From assembly GCA_013239625.1 (NCBI GenBank), contig MU057357.1:8523161-8587160 (forward strand): DNA of 64,000 bases, in the 5' to 3' direction. The translations under genes and the position numbers were made by a program. This document shows positions 23,901-36,459 of the stretch, piece after piece. Below the pieces are notes generated by a model. It was given only the letters and a program-made list of their open reading frames with translations, did not search any database and was not told the DNA's origin. Each line of letters starts with the position of its first letter. The first letter of the stretch is position 1. This DNA is from Lama guanicoe. Lineage: Eukaryota.

Positions 23901-24929
23901 TGTAAACATCCCTAAAGACCACCACAGACTGTGTCTTCCATGGAGTTGAGGATCGATTAATCTGCTTGACAGGGGGAAAAAACTCAATTAGTTGCCCCCT
24001 ATGGTAAGGGTAGGGAGAAGACCTTTGTCTTACAGAAAGTAGGTAAGACATAGGCATGATAGTGAGAAGGCAAATGAGCATCGAATTGTTCTACATAAAA
24101 GAAAAATGAGCCCACGGGAAGGTCCAGGAGTCCTGAGTGGGTGAAGGAAGCTTGGACTCTCTTTGGGGCAGGAAAACGGAAACAAAAAGGGAGCGTTTGT
24201 AGAAAGAGAGAGAAATAACACAATAGCCACCAGAAAGAGAGCGGAGATGGTTAGGGTTTAGAATGTTTTGCTATATGGGAAGGAATATACCCTCTCTGGG
24301 CATCTCTCCTGCTTTAGGAGTGTGATTTGATGGTTTTAAAAGCGACAACGTGCTGAGGCTGGTCTCAGGGCAAACACAAGACAAGGCCAGAGCTGCCAAG
24401 GAGGCCCGTCACTGTCTACAGGCCAAAGTCAAGTTTCATTTCGTTTTGTTTTCTTGATCTGGCTCCAATGTACCTATCCTTTATCCTACACTGGGACCAA
24501 GTGCCTCTCCAGGGGCGCTACACTCTACCCCCTCCCCACAACGTGGGCTGCTTGGCAGGTCCCACCCTTAGACCTTCCTTCTTACTATCTTACCCACCTC
24601 CTAAGCCCCAGTCCCAAGGTCCACTTCCCATCTCTCCATCTGTCAAAATCCTCTCCTCTCTTTAATCTACATCTCAAAGGCTATTGTTCCATTGAAACAT
24701 AAGATGAGGTTCTCACTCCTCTCGGTGCCACGGCCACCCCTTCCACAAAAAAAAAGTCAATACTAAAATTACTGGTTGGCACACTCTCCCCTAAAAGACT
24801 GTGAGACTCTCAAGGGCTGGGGGTAATTTCTACTTAGATTAATTTTTTGTCCCCACCCCTTATCCCAGGTTGCAACATGAAGTAACAACCATGATGACAT
24901 GTAGTAGAAACATGTGGTGGACTACATTC

Positions 24930-25090
24930 ATCAAGCCCTTGTGGGTTGGCTCCTGTGCTCAGGGCTTAAAGACGTCATCTTTTTATCTGTACAGCCATCC
25001 TGGAGAGTGCTTTTAGCCTTACTTTAGAGATGAAAAAATAAGAGGCCCAGAGAGAGTAAGCAATCAGCTTCAAATCACACAGCTCTGGTG
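24930..25090 (-). mobile_element. MIR SINE
   Basis: 'actttagagatgaaaaaataagaggcccagagagagtaagcaa..caaatcacacagct'. Confidence 0.65.
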
Positions 25091-27448
25091 TCAAAATGAC
25101 CTCAGTTTGAACATCTTTCTCCCTACTTAATTTCAGCGGTCTGTTGCTTCTTTAAAGTTCTGAGCACATGCTGCTTAGCAGTGGGGCTCAGCCTTCATCT
25201 TAAGCCTTTCTGATGCCAAAGGTTGTGCTTTGAAACTTGACCTTGTGGAAGAGACCATCTATCTGTTTCTGAGCCATTGGCCTTTACTTCCAGGTCAGTA
25301 CATTTCCAGCTTCACAAATGATAGATATGGCCAAGTGCCTGACATACACTGGGAGGAGTGACAAACACACCTATGGACCCAGACCATAAAAACTTCCCAC
25401 GGGGTCCTCATGGTCCCTCCCTCTCCTCACTCCCACCACCATGTGGTTACAGTATCCACAGGGGACTCAGAGCTGTAGATAACAAGAGCCACTGGATGGA
25501 TAGTGACTTCATGGAGCTGAGTCTTCCCACCCCCACCGCTGGCGACGCCACCCCTCCTGCCCCAGAGATGTGCACAAGAAATCAGCGTATCCTATGCAAA
25601 GTCATTGAAGTCTGAGTACAGACACTTAAACAGTTCACCTAGCCTGACCACAACAGTGCCCCATAGGTGGCTGATTAGAAAGAGATTATTTGGGGCGACA
25701 GTGAGATGGCAGGAGCTGTGTCAGCAGGGGCAGGGAGAGGTTCCTGGGGATGCTTAGAGAAGACTCAACATCCATTCCATGCCTTGACCACGCACCTGGA
25801 GGCCAGGGTGCTGACTAGTCTGAATGAAGGAGCTGGACAAAAGATGAAGGAAAGGCAGAAAAGGGCTGAGCCAAGTTCCCAGGAGCAGGGAGAGACAGAA
25901 GACATGCCTCGGAGTCCTCAGAGCAAGTCTATAGTGTTCACAGGAACCAACAGGAGCAGCTGAGGGCAGCTACAAAGAGGGAAGGCCCCCAACGAGAAAG
26001 AGAAAACTCACATGGCCGGCCAGCGGGGCGGGCAGCCCGGGCAGCCCAAGGCTTCATTTGAGACCTGGCCCAGCTCTTTCTCCAGCAGCCCTCTGCAACA
26101 TGAGCTGGCATCATGTCCTGGCAGCTGGTTTCCCACTGCCCATTCTCTTTCTCCCTCTTCTTTCTCTGAAATCTTCTCTCCCTGCCACCACCCACCTCCT
26201 CTTAAGTCACTGCCTTAGGGAGAGAATGATAGTCCCCTGGGGCAAAGAACACCCTAAACCTGTAAGCAGACCATTCCTCTGTCCCCCCACATACACTCTG
26301 TCCTGCTTATTTGTATGTCAATACCCAGAATGCCTTGTTGGTCCATGCCAGAGCCATTAGACATGTCAGACAGTCGTTGCCAGTGTCTGGAGCCTGGAAT
26401 TGGCAGAGTTAGATGTCCCTCAAAGGGCAATGTGTTTGCTCTCATGCCAGCTGAAATTGGGAATGAACTGCTTCGCCTGCAGCCTCGGTCCCCTTGACAG
26501 GGTTCTGCTAGCATGGTTTAAGTTGGCACAAGGCAAAAAGAAACCCAGCTTCAATAAGAAACGATTTTTAAAGCCATTGGACCAGCTTTCAAGGTCTCCA
26601 CACTGCTCACCAAGTCCATCCACCAACACAGACCTTCCACATTATCTAGCTCAGCCCAGCCCTCAAGACTGTGGCTTCTCTCACCATCACGGGCGGCAAG
26701 AGAACTTTTTACAATCCAGACTTGGAAGTCTACCTCTCCTGCCATAATTTCAGTTACAGCAGCTTCCTCTTTGGGGTCAGAGAGGGCAAGCAACTTGCAA
26801 AAACAAAAAAAAAAAAGAAAAAAGCACCCAAGCCTGATGGACCCCCAGCCTTGGACCTAGGGTCTCGGAGTTCCCTCGAGCTACTGCTCAAGAGGTATCA
26901 GTCCATAGCTCCAGAGAACAGCCTGGGGAAAGCTGCCTCCCTGGCGTCACAGGGGAAGGAAAGGCAGGCGTCAGATGGGAACAAGCACCAAGAAAACACC
27001 CAGAGAATAATCATAAGAGATGACGCTGAAAGTGTGCGTGGAAGGTGGGCAGAAAAGGGTGGATATTAAAGAAGAATAAGAAAAACAGCAAACAGGACAC
27101 AACTTCATGTTCTGCCTCATCCAAAAGGCTTCTTTGTGCATTTGGAATTAGACACATCTGCTCCTACTCCTGCAGGAATATAAAGCACACCATCCCTGAC
27201 TCAGATATTTGGTAGCTCGGTGACCCATTCATTCAGTCAGACCCAATGTGCTTACTCTGTGTCTGACACCATCGTGGTAACTGGGGACATGCCAATGAAA
27301 GATTTGGCCTCTGCAAGATGGTACCTGCATATGCCAGTGTGGCCAGCAAGCCCCTTTCCTCCCTGCCTCGTGCTGTGACTGCCTTCTGGGTGTCAGGAAT
27401 GGATCCCCCAGAGTCTTCCACGCTCCCTTGTCAGGGCAGCAGTGGGCC

Positions 27449-27705
27449 CAGTAGCACAGGGGTAGAGTGGACATCGAAGTCACACTGCTCACGTTCAGAA
27501 GTATGTTCCGCTGCTTTTCGAGCTGGGCGATCTTGGGCAAGTCCCTTGTCTCCATGCCTCAGCTTTCTCACCTGCAAAATGGAGCTAATAACAGAACTCC
27601 CTCATAGAGTTGAGATGAGGACTGAATGAGTTAACACCCATATTGCTCTCAACACAGTGTCGGATGCACATCAAACCCTCCATAAACACGAGCCATTGTT
27701 ATCGC
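27449..27705 (+). mobile_element. Near full-length MIR SINE
   Basis: 'agctgggcgatcttgggcaagtc..gcctcagctttctcacctgcaaaatggagctaataacag..ctcatagagttgagatgaggactgaatgag'. Confidence 0.88.
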
Positions 27706-28516
27706 TGCAGCTGGCTGCACATAGTAACAAAGTCACTGCCAAGCTTCAGGGAGCAGCAGCCAAGGCCACAGACCTGAGCAAAACTAAATGATTTTTACAA
27801 GAAACTAGACCATGAATTTGGCTTCCTTGCTTGGGGTGCTAACCAGATAAGTATAAGAAAATGAGCACTTATCACAGGGATAGGCCAAGGGGTACATTGA
27901 TTATTGGAATGATGATTGGCTAGGAACTGAGGAGAATTTCAGATTGAAACATTTGTCCAGAAGGCCTGTTCCTGCTCCCTGGCACTCAGCCACCACATGG
28001 CTGTGGGGAGAGGGTGGGTGAAGTAGAAAGGGAGACACAGAGAAACTTCTGAGACAGTGCTAGGGCCCAGACCCACAGGTCAGGGGGCCTTACATGAGGC
28101 CCATGTTTCTCCTTGGAATGAGAAAAGTGATGCGTGGACCATTGTTAAATGTTTCACAGCCTTGACACCACCCTTTCCTTGGTGTCTTCCCACCTGCCCT
28201 CCCCCATCCCAAACCTCAGGGTGGGGTCAAAGACAGAGGGATTTGGAGAGCTGAGCCCCAAGTCCCAGGAAAACTCCTTTCTCTGTTCCCCAGGATTAGA
28301 AGATTAGGAGGAGAACAAAGGAGCAATTCACCAGTGGATTCTGCAATTCTCCCACGTCCAACTCAGCACCCGCTGAGTTCCCACAATCTCAAGTGGCTGG
28401 AGAGAAGGTGGGACCAGCTGGCTGGCCTGAAACAGTGTCTGTACAGCGTCCTCGCCTAGAGACACTTTAATGTCTCCTGGGCATGTAGCTTGGGGTAGAA
28501 GGGAGGAAGGGAATGA

Positions 28517-28545
28517 GTGTGTGTGCGTGTGTGTGTGCATGTATG
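28517..28545. repeat. Imperfect (TG)n microsatellite
   Basis: gtgtgtgtgcgtgtgtgtgtgcatgtatg. Confidence 0.85.
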
Positions 28546-28729
28546 TACAACAGTATGTACAAAATCAGAGGTGAGGGAGCTAGGTACTGAACCAGAAAAC
28601 TTTCCATAAATCTTCTATTCAGAAAAATGCCTGGTTCCCACCCAGTTTCCTTAAATCCAGAAGACAATGACCAGGAAAATGACGGCTGTATGACTGACAA
28701 CCCAACCCCACCTCCAGCACACACACACT

Positions 28730-28950
28730 CTGCAAAAGACACATTTTGAAACTTTGGGAAAATTGAGAGAGGAAAAACTTCCCACAATTTCATTATGGGT
28801 AGCATTTTGGGTATGTTTCTTTCTGTTTTTTCCACTATGTATCTTTTAAATTATATGTATCTATTATCCAGTTCACACTCTCTCGGGTCCTGTGATGTCT
28901 TCTCATTCTTAAGATTATACCACAAGCATTTTTCCGTGTTGCAACAAGTT
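28730..28950 (-). mobile_element. Ancient L1M fragment
   Basis: 'agcattttgggtatgtttctttctgttttttc', 'cacaagcatttttccgtgtt'. Confidence 0.45.
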
Positions 28951-31900
28951 CTCCCCATCCAGCTTTCTCTCAGGCTGGAGCCTAATGTGAGGGCTGATTG
29001 TTGAATGAGTTCAAGACGATTCCGAAGGAGACCGAGGGAGACCCTGGGGTTTGCGTGTGTCAGCTCACACAAGGCCTACTTCCAAATGCAATATGGAAGG
29101 CACACTCTTCTCAGTTGCTTGACAGCCCAAATAAAATAAGCAGAAAGCAATGAAAACTGAAGCTGTGAAGGAAATTATGCTGACTATGAAGATAATTACA
29201 CGCTAAAATGGATTAAAGTTCCCTGCATCTTTCTGTCCAGGGTGAATTGTGGTCACTTCTTTCTAGATGCCAACAAATGCACACAACGTGGGTCCTCTTA
29301 CCAAAAGGGTTTAGTATTTGAGTGTTCTTAATGGATCTTTTCCTCCACTCCTGTTTTCCCATGTAAAATAAATTCACATGCATCCTCATTTCCTAGAACC
29401 CAACCCTCTCACCTCCTAAATATCCAAACCGTCTCTTCCTCATTTTCTCCAGACTGGGCGTCTTCCAAATAGGTGGTGTGTAGGGAATCCTGAAAACACT
29501 TCTTATCCTTGGGAAATGGGGATTGGTTGGCAAAGGTAACTTTCAGCAAGGGCTTTCATATCCTGTTTCACGAGTACTTAGGCTCTGCTTCTTTTTCTCT
29601 AGACAGGGATGCCAGAAAGGGGTTTGATGCAATGTCTGAAGCAGGAAAAGTGTGTGGGTTAAACAAGGAGATGTTTCTTAGACGGAGCAGATATTGCTTC
29701 GTTTAGGGGATGAGTATGAGGTGAAAGTCCATGCAGGTGCAGGAGCAGAGAAGCTCCCAACCATAGCTTGTAGGTTAACACATCCTGCTGCTCACCTCCC
29801 CACTCTGGTCCATAGAGACCAAGACCTTCCTCATCCTCCAGTCTCCAGAGAGGTGTCAGCTATCACCAGCTGGGTCCAAAAGGACAAAAGACCCTCGCTC
29901 TGTGGGGTCCTCCCAGAGGAAGCCTCTTGTTGCTCTGGCACAGTTTTGCTATGACCCACAGAGCTTGAGAAAGAATGAAGATGGGAGTGATCACTGTTTG
30001 GAAGAAAAGAGTTTTCTTCCTAAGTTACTTGCCTAAAGGCCTGGGATGGGAGGAGAACGGAGAAGAATTTTTTGCTGGTTACGCAATTATCATTAGAGGT
30101 TTCAGGTATTGACTGATACCATTAACAATCGGCACCTGCCCCCTGCCTTCTTTGGAGAATCCATTCCTCATTTGGCTTCAGCCTTTGATGTCTGGGTTCT
30201 CAGGCCCCTCATCCAGCTGCTTATGGGGAAAGGCCCTCCTGACTAAGAATGAGCAGGAGGTGGGGAATGAGAGGCAAAGGAGCATAGACTCTGTATCATG
30301 AAAGCTCAAGTCAGAGTTAAAGAGAAAAGCCAGTGTCATCTCCGACTTACAGAGCAATTAATTTGGAAAGATGCTGTTGCGAGCCCTGAGTGCTTGATAA
30401 GTGAGACACAGACACAGTGGGGAGAAGGAGCTGGTGATTGTTTCAACTAATTTTTAAAAGTCACAGCATACCAATAGTTGGAAAAAGAACCTCAAAGTTC
30501 ATCTCGAAAAATCCTCCTTCTGCAGATGAAGGCATCCAGGTTCACTCAGCCAAAGTGGTCTGCCCAAAGTTTGGACCAGAGCCAGGGCTGCAGTCACCGT
30601 GTGTTTAACCCAGCTCTAGGGTCTTTGCGTTGCTCCATGTTCCCATTCACACCCCGAGCATACAAGCTCCCCTACTGCCGTGCACAGCGTCACAACACAT
30701 CTCGTTTTGGAGTGAGGATTATTATCCACTGTGCTGCCTTGATACTTTTTGTAGAGTCGGATGCCATGCAGCAGGGGGCAAAGCGTGCAGAGTGGCAAGC
30801 AGGATATCAAGTCTCTAAGGGAGTTTTCAGGAAAGAGGCAACAGGCTGAGAAATAAAGAGCAAAGACCCCAGAACATTTGAAATGGGGACGATTACGAGC
30901 TTATAGTGATACCGGAGGGAAAGTTGAGAATGCTTCTGTTCTAGGCAGAGTCACAAATGAAGAATTTGTGTTCCGTGCTCCCAAGTCCCCTTATCTCTAC
31001 CTTTTCCTCTCCCGGACCTCAAGCTCCTCTTCTTCATAAGCAACATTTTCTTCCAGGAAAGAAGCTAATAAGCACACACACTGAAGCAGAACTGACCAAA
31101 AATTCCCTTAGGCAGATTCCATAAGATGTCAGAGGTAGAAGGGACTAAGATTAACATTGTCAAGCTAGCCTGAAAAAAAAAAACAATGCTTTTTAATCTA
31201 GAAGTCAAATAATAGGTATCATCATCACCTACATCATGGACCAAGAATGTAAATCTAAGCACTGATCAGCCTGCCTGGCAGGGAGCAAGCTCTCAGCAGA
31301 GGCCTGGAACTCAGGAGTTACCCCAACTCTGCACCCCTTCTCAGAAGAGTTTGGCCTGTGGAGGTATTTGCAGGATCAAACATTCTTTTATGATTTTGTG
31401 TGTGTGTCCTTTCAGGATGCTCTGCCGCAGGCTTCACCTCTCGTCACCCTAAGGATTTGGAACCATATCCTTTCCAAGAGGTTGTTGTCCCTTCTCTACT
31501 GGAACTCAGAGAGAGCCAGGATGGGACAACATGTCCCTCTCCTTTCTCTTGGCCACCATAGGACTAATACTCCAAACTGCAGCTATATGAACATTTCTTT
31601 GTTAAAGAATCTGGGAAAACTAAAAAGGGAACAGTCATTTTATTGGACAGACTTTGAGTGAGCTGTGAACATGGACTCTCTCAGCTCCCAAGGGAAGGCA
31701 TCTAATCTTCAGGCTTTGACAAGGAAGAGATCATCTGTGCAAGTCCACCACGCTGCACAAGTCCCGGGAGAACCTTTCACACAACAGCCTATGGGATGGC
31801 TCCCTTGTGCAGGGCCTGGCCTAAACAGCTAGAAAGACAGCTTTGCCTCACCCCTATGTTGACACCCTCTGCACTCAGATTATTCACATGGCCTCAGACG

Positions 31901-32671
31901 CCCACTTCTTCAAGTCTCTGTGTCCTAAATGCTACTCTCCTTCAGGAACCCTCTTCTCCTTTCTGTGCAAAGAGATGCTAACCCCCTAAGTCATTCCTAC
32001 GTTTTACTGTCTCATGTACAACTATAGATACAACCACATGGTCAACATCAGTGTGTGGTCATCACTGAGTCTCAAAGATTGCAGAAGAATGGGCTCTAGC
32101 CCTGTTAGTCCTGTAACCAAGAGTGAATGTGGACCCTCCAATTCTCCTACCAGGGAGAGCTGTCCCAAGATAAACAGTAAATGGAGGAGAGAATAGAGTA
32201 CAATTCAAACCACAAAGCTCTAGATGGTCAATGAGTACCCATTATTGTGTGACAAGCATTTGGTTTCTCTGGAGCTCTCTCCTGTGGACAGCCATGCCTA
32301 CAAAATGACTGCCCCAGCGTTTATATGCTTCTGCATCTAATTGAAAGACCCTAATAATAACCTGTATGATTCCCCAGATAGCAGATCCTCTCTTGAATGC
32401 ACGCATTCTCAAGTGGGGTTTTATCATTGTAAAAGCTGGTTCTTGGGGGGATGAAAAACACCTTAGATATGGCAATGATTTGCAGGCTCCAAAGGGTCAC
32501 AGTACATAAACAAATAGATTACACGGCAGAGGAGGGGAAATGATTAGGAAACCAATGCTTAAAAAGGCTCCTTAGAGGAGCAATGATGAGAAAAAGTTGG
32601 GAAACATCCCTCTCATAGAAAAGGGAGTGAGATGAGGGAAAGCTGCCAGTTCTAACTGCTGTGATAGTTAA

Positions 32672-32897
32672 CACCATCATCATCACCATCATTAAAAACA
32701 TTCTGTATGCATGCCCAAAATTAATCCTCCTAATAATCTTAAGGGTAAGGACTATTATACTCATTTAAGATGATGAAATGGTTTTAGAGGTATTGTCCAA
32801 GCCCACACAGCTAGTAACTGGCAAAGGCATGATTCCAAGCCAGTTCCATCTGACTCCAAAGTCCAGGGTCTCAACCATCTTAGAATGCTGACTGCAT
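32672..32897 (-). mobile_element. MIR SINE
   Basis: 'ttaatcctcctaataatct..gtaaggactattatactcattt..agatgatgaaa', 'cccacacagctagtaactggcaaag..tgactccaaagtcca'. Confidence 0.8.
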
Positions 32898-33870
32898 GGT
32901 CAGTCCAGCAGAAGGGAGGCTGGCAACAGAGCAGCCCATGTCTAGATTCCACCATCTACTCCACCACCCTGAGTCTACCTGTAAGACCATGGAGGACAGT
33001 TAAGTTCTAAGAAAGGAGACAGACGGTCTGGAAAATTCTGGGTTGAGTTGAGAATGAGGAGGGAGGGAGATGGCCCCACGGTCCCCTCAGTCTGCCTCCT
33101 CTGCCTTTGGGACCAGGATCCTGGAACCTGGGACAAAGAGAGATGTGAGGAGGGGGAGGGTGGTCCCTGCTGTGTGCTCAGCAACTACTGCTGAAACCCC
33201 AGTGTGGGGCTGCTGCCAAGCCCCAGAGATGGGGTGACCTCTATGCAAACAGAACTTCCCCAGGCAGCTCTTCTGCAAATATAAACATGGACTCACCACG
33301 TGACGGGTTCAACCAGTTCATGTAAACAGCAAAAGGAGAAAAAAATTCAAGGGAAAAAAATATGCTCCAACCAGACGAAGCAGGGTATGTAGCTTTGTGA
33401 CTCAAAGAGGGGAAGTTCAAGAGCTGAAGGGCACAGAACTCCTTGGGCCTGCAGGAGGGCCACAGGTGCTCTTCCAAGCTGGGCACAGGGAGCTGTGATC
33501 CCTTCACAGAGTGGGAAATCTTTTGTCAGGGCAGAGGAAATGGGCTGCTTTTCCCAGGTATCTGAAGCATATTGGGTTAGACTTCCATGGAAAACAGAGG
33601 GCACTCCTGAAGCAGAAGGGCCTATAGTTAGACCTTAGAAGGACTTCCCCATTGCCAGGTGCCTTCGTGGAAGGAAGGTGCCTCAAGAGGTCCATTTAAG
33701 CTTGAGGACAGCCAACGGCCTACAAGCAGGGGGATGGATGGAATAAACTCTCAACAGCACGCCACTCCTCCCTACCCCTACTCCCCCAACCCTACTGTTG
33801 GTGCTGGCAAAGAGGATGCTTTCCTCCCATGGCCCCGTGTTACCTGTAAGAATGCCAGCAGAGTATCTGG

Positions 33871-33901
33871 GTTTGTTTTGTTTGTTTGTTTGTTTGTTTT
33901 T
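33871..33901. repeat. (TTTG)n simple repeat
   Basis: gtttgttttgtttgtttgtttgtttgtttt. Confidence 0.85.
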
Positions 33902-34599
33902 CAAATAATCCACACTGCCCCCGTGAAAAGAGCCAGCTCTCCAAAGCATCTGCAAATACCACACTCTCCTGGGCCAGAAGAGTTTTGACGATACTCCATC
34001 TTGGTCTTTCCAAGACACCCATTACCCTGAAATAAGCCAGCCAAGGAGGAGGTTGGCAGATGGACCTCATGGACAGTAGGGGGCAGGATGCTGTACACCG
34101 CTGTTGTGGCCTCCCCAGCCTTTCCAAAAGAAACCACAGAGCTCTAGGCTGCCACCACAGTCGGGGCAGTCAGAAGTCTCTGACTCTGGACTGAACCAAG
34201 AGTTCTGTGGGTCCTGCTCTAGGCCCTAGCTCTGTGTTGGGATTCATCCAAACACCTACAGCCTCCTCTGGCATACAGGGGACTCAAGGACCCACCTGGC
34301 CCACCCAGGAACTGAAATCACGCTGAAATTCAGTTCAGCACAGGAATGGGGGGGTGGGGGACAGGAGGAAGAAGACTGAGCAGGCATAGCTTGGAGGAGA
34401 CTGGATGAGTCTAGGAGGCAGTATAAAAACGGAATAAGGACAGGTGGATTTCAGTGCTTTAAAAGCAACAAACCCTATGTGTGTAACTTATCATGCACAT
34501 TTACTTTCATATTATCATATGTAGGCATGTAGGGCTATCTATATGGGCCAAATCAATAATAGATTAAGTCCTGTAACAACAGAAGATATTTGGGGCAGC

Positions 34600-34800
34600 C
34601 CAGTCCCATGAACTCCTAGCTCCACCACATCTTATCTGCACGACCTTGGGGAAGTAACATGACTTCTCTGTACCTTGGTTTTAAAATGGGATTAATAAAA
34701 GTACATATCTCATAGAGTAACTCTGAGAATTAAATGAGTTAATATTTGTGAAGCTCTTAGAACAGTGCCTGGCACATGAAGTATTATTAGCATTTGTTAA
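34600..34800 (+). mobile_element. MIR SINE
   Basis: 'aaaatgggattaataaaagtacatatctcatagag..gagaattaaatgagttaatatttgtgaagctcttagaacagtgcctggcacat'. Confidence 0.88.
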
Positions 34801-34869
34801 ACACACATAGATGCAAATGAATTTGCTTAGTATTTCATGCCCTGTGACTCCTCACCCTATTCTTTCTTT

Positions 34870-35000
34870 TTTCTTTCATTTATTTACTCAATAAATATTT
34901 ATTGAGTGCCTACCACATGTCATGTTCTGTGCTGATACTGCAGCTGTAAAAATGAGCAAAAACCACCATGGCCTACCCACTCTTGAGGCTCAGAGTCTTA
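34870..35000 (-). mobile_element. L2 3' terminus
   Basis: 'tcatttatttactcaataaatatttattgagtgcctaccacatgtca'. Confidence 0.8.
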
Positions 35001-35249
35001 ATGTCTCCCTTTCTGTTGAAGTTTTTCTCCAGGCACCTCCAAATCCATGTCAGGTTAAACCAGCCCAGCCTGGATCACATCTTGCCTAGGGGCACACAGC
35101 CATGAATGCAGGATCTGAAAAGGAAAATTGCTTGTGGTTTTACAGCTGTCCCAGCCTTGTGCACAGGAGGAAAAATTGCTGGAGTCACTGGAATGAGCTC
35201 CAGTGTTTGGAATGCAGATGGCACAAACCCAAGTTGAGCTGGGGTGGCA

Positions 35250-35730
35250 GGTTCAGTAGACTGCCCTGCTCAGCACCCATTCCAGCTTCTAGCTGACCTT
35301 CCTCTACTACAGAGGCTGAAACCCCAAAACCTACATGTCTCAGATGCCCAAGCAGTTAAGGTTTAGGATTCAGTTTAGGATGTACTAACCATACACATTT
35401 ATTCAAGACTTTGACTCGGAATCAAGTTATGGAGGAAGAGAGAACCAGTATGGTATATCCATTTAACTGGAGCAGACTGGAGGAAAGATAGGGGGTGACA
35501 ACAGCAGCCAGCTGTGGCCATGTCGGCTTTCTGATCCCAGCAGAGGCAGCAACTCCCAAGGGGGGCCCAATTCTGCAGCATGGTTTGGGGAGTCGTTCCT
35601 AGAAGCTCAGCCTAAAATATTTTTCTTCAGCCCTCCCATTTGGCCCATGACAGCCCATCTATACTTCTTAGTAAATCCTTTTCAGCCTGTACTAGCTGGA
35701 ATGGATTCCATTTTTGGCAACTAGAAGTAG
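35250..35730 (+). mobile_element. ERVL solo LTR (LTR33-like)
   Basis: 'cagaggctgaaa..ctacatgtctcagatgcccaagcagttaagg', 'gtaaatccttttcagcc..ctagctggaatggattccatttttggcaacta'. Confidence 0.65.
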
Positions 35731-36109
35731 AAGTTATCTAGAACTGACCATCTCTAACAAGGTAATTATGGTTGAATGGAAGCCTAAACCTAATGAGAAA
35801 ATTCTATTTCCTAAGGTGCTGAGAAGGAAGACATCAGTTTCCCTAATCTTTGGTCAGCACCAACAGCAAGACCCAGCATGAGATTCAGCAAATCCCTCCC
35901 AGGCATTTGTCTTTATAGTAAGTGTCCCGGCTCACCAGGTAGAGAGCAGTTTGGAAGGTTTTAGCTGCATAGGCCATGATGAATTAGTAGACAAAGAGGA
36001 GATGTGTATAGCACCATATTCTTTCTCACCCTAGCCCTCAGTCCCTGCCCCAGGGTTTTTGCTGGGTTTTTGCAGGGTTGTTCTATCTTCTGGGAAGTGA
36101 CTTTCTATC

Positions 36110-36310
36110 ACGTTCCCCTATTCTATCTTCTTTGCAGCACTTACCAATTATTTTATTGATCTATTTGTGTGTCTATTATCTGTTTTCCCCTATTAGAGCA
36201 TAAGCTTTTGGAGGTCAGGAGATCTGAATTGTTCACACTGAGTCTCCAGACTGCAAAAGATGCCTGGCTCATAGTAGGGCCTCCAAACAAATTTGCTGAC
36301 TGACTAACTT
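36110..36310 (+). mobile_element. L2 3' terminus
   Basis: 'ctttgcagcactta', 'ttgttcacactgagtctccag..tgcctggctcatagtagggcctcc..aaatttgctgactga'. Confidence 0.8.
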
Positions 36311-36459
36311 GTTCACTGACTTTCATTCCTCAAACCTACTTCCTAAAGGCCCAGGCTTTGGGGTATGAATTAAATCCCAAGGACATCTTGAGAACAGAAG
36401 ACTCTCATGGGTTAAAACCTAGAGGTCAAAGGCAGGGAATCCTCCCCCTCCTTGAGAAA

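Noticed and set aside
26012-26047. GC-rich patch as a CpG island or CTCF site
   Set aside because: Only about 35 bp; poor match to the CTCF core.
33291-33459. Possible minus-strand exon (ccctcctgcag acceptor, gtgagt donor)
   Set aside because: Short pyrimidine tract, unrecognisable peptide, no partner exons.
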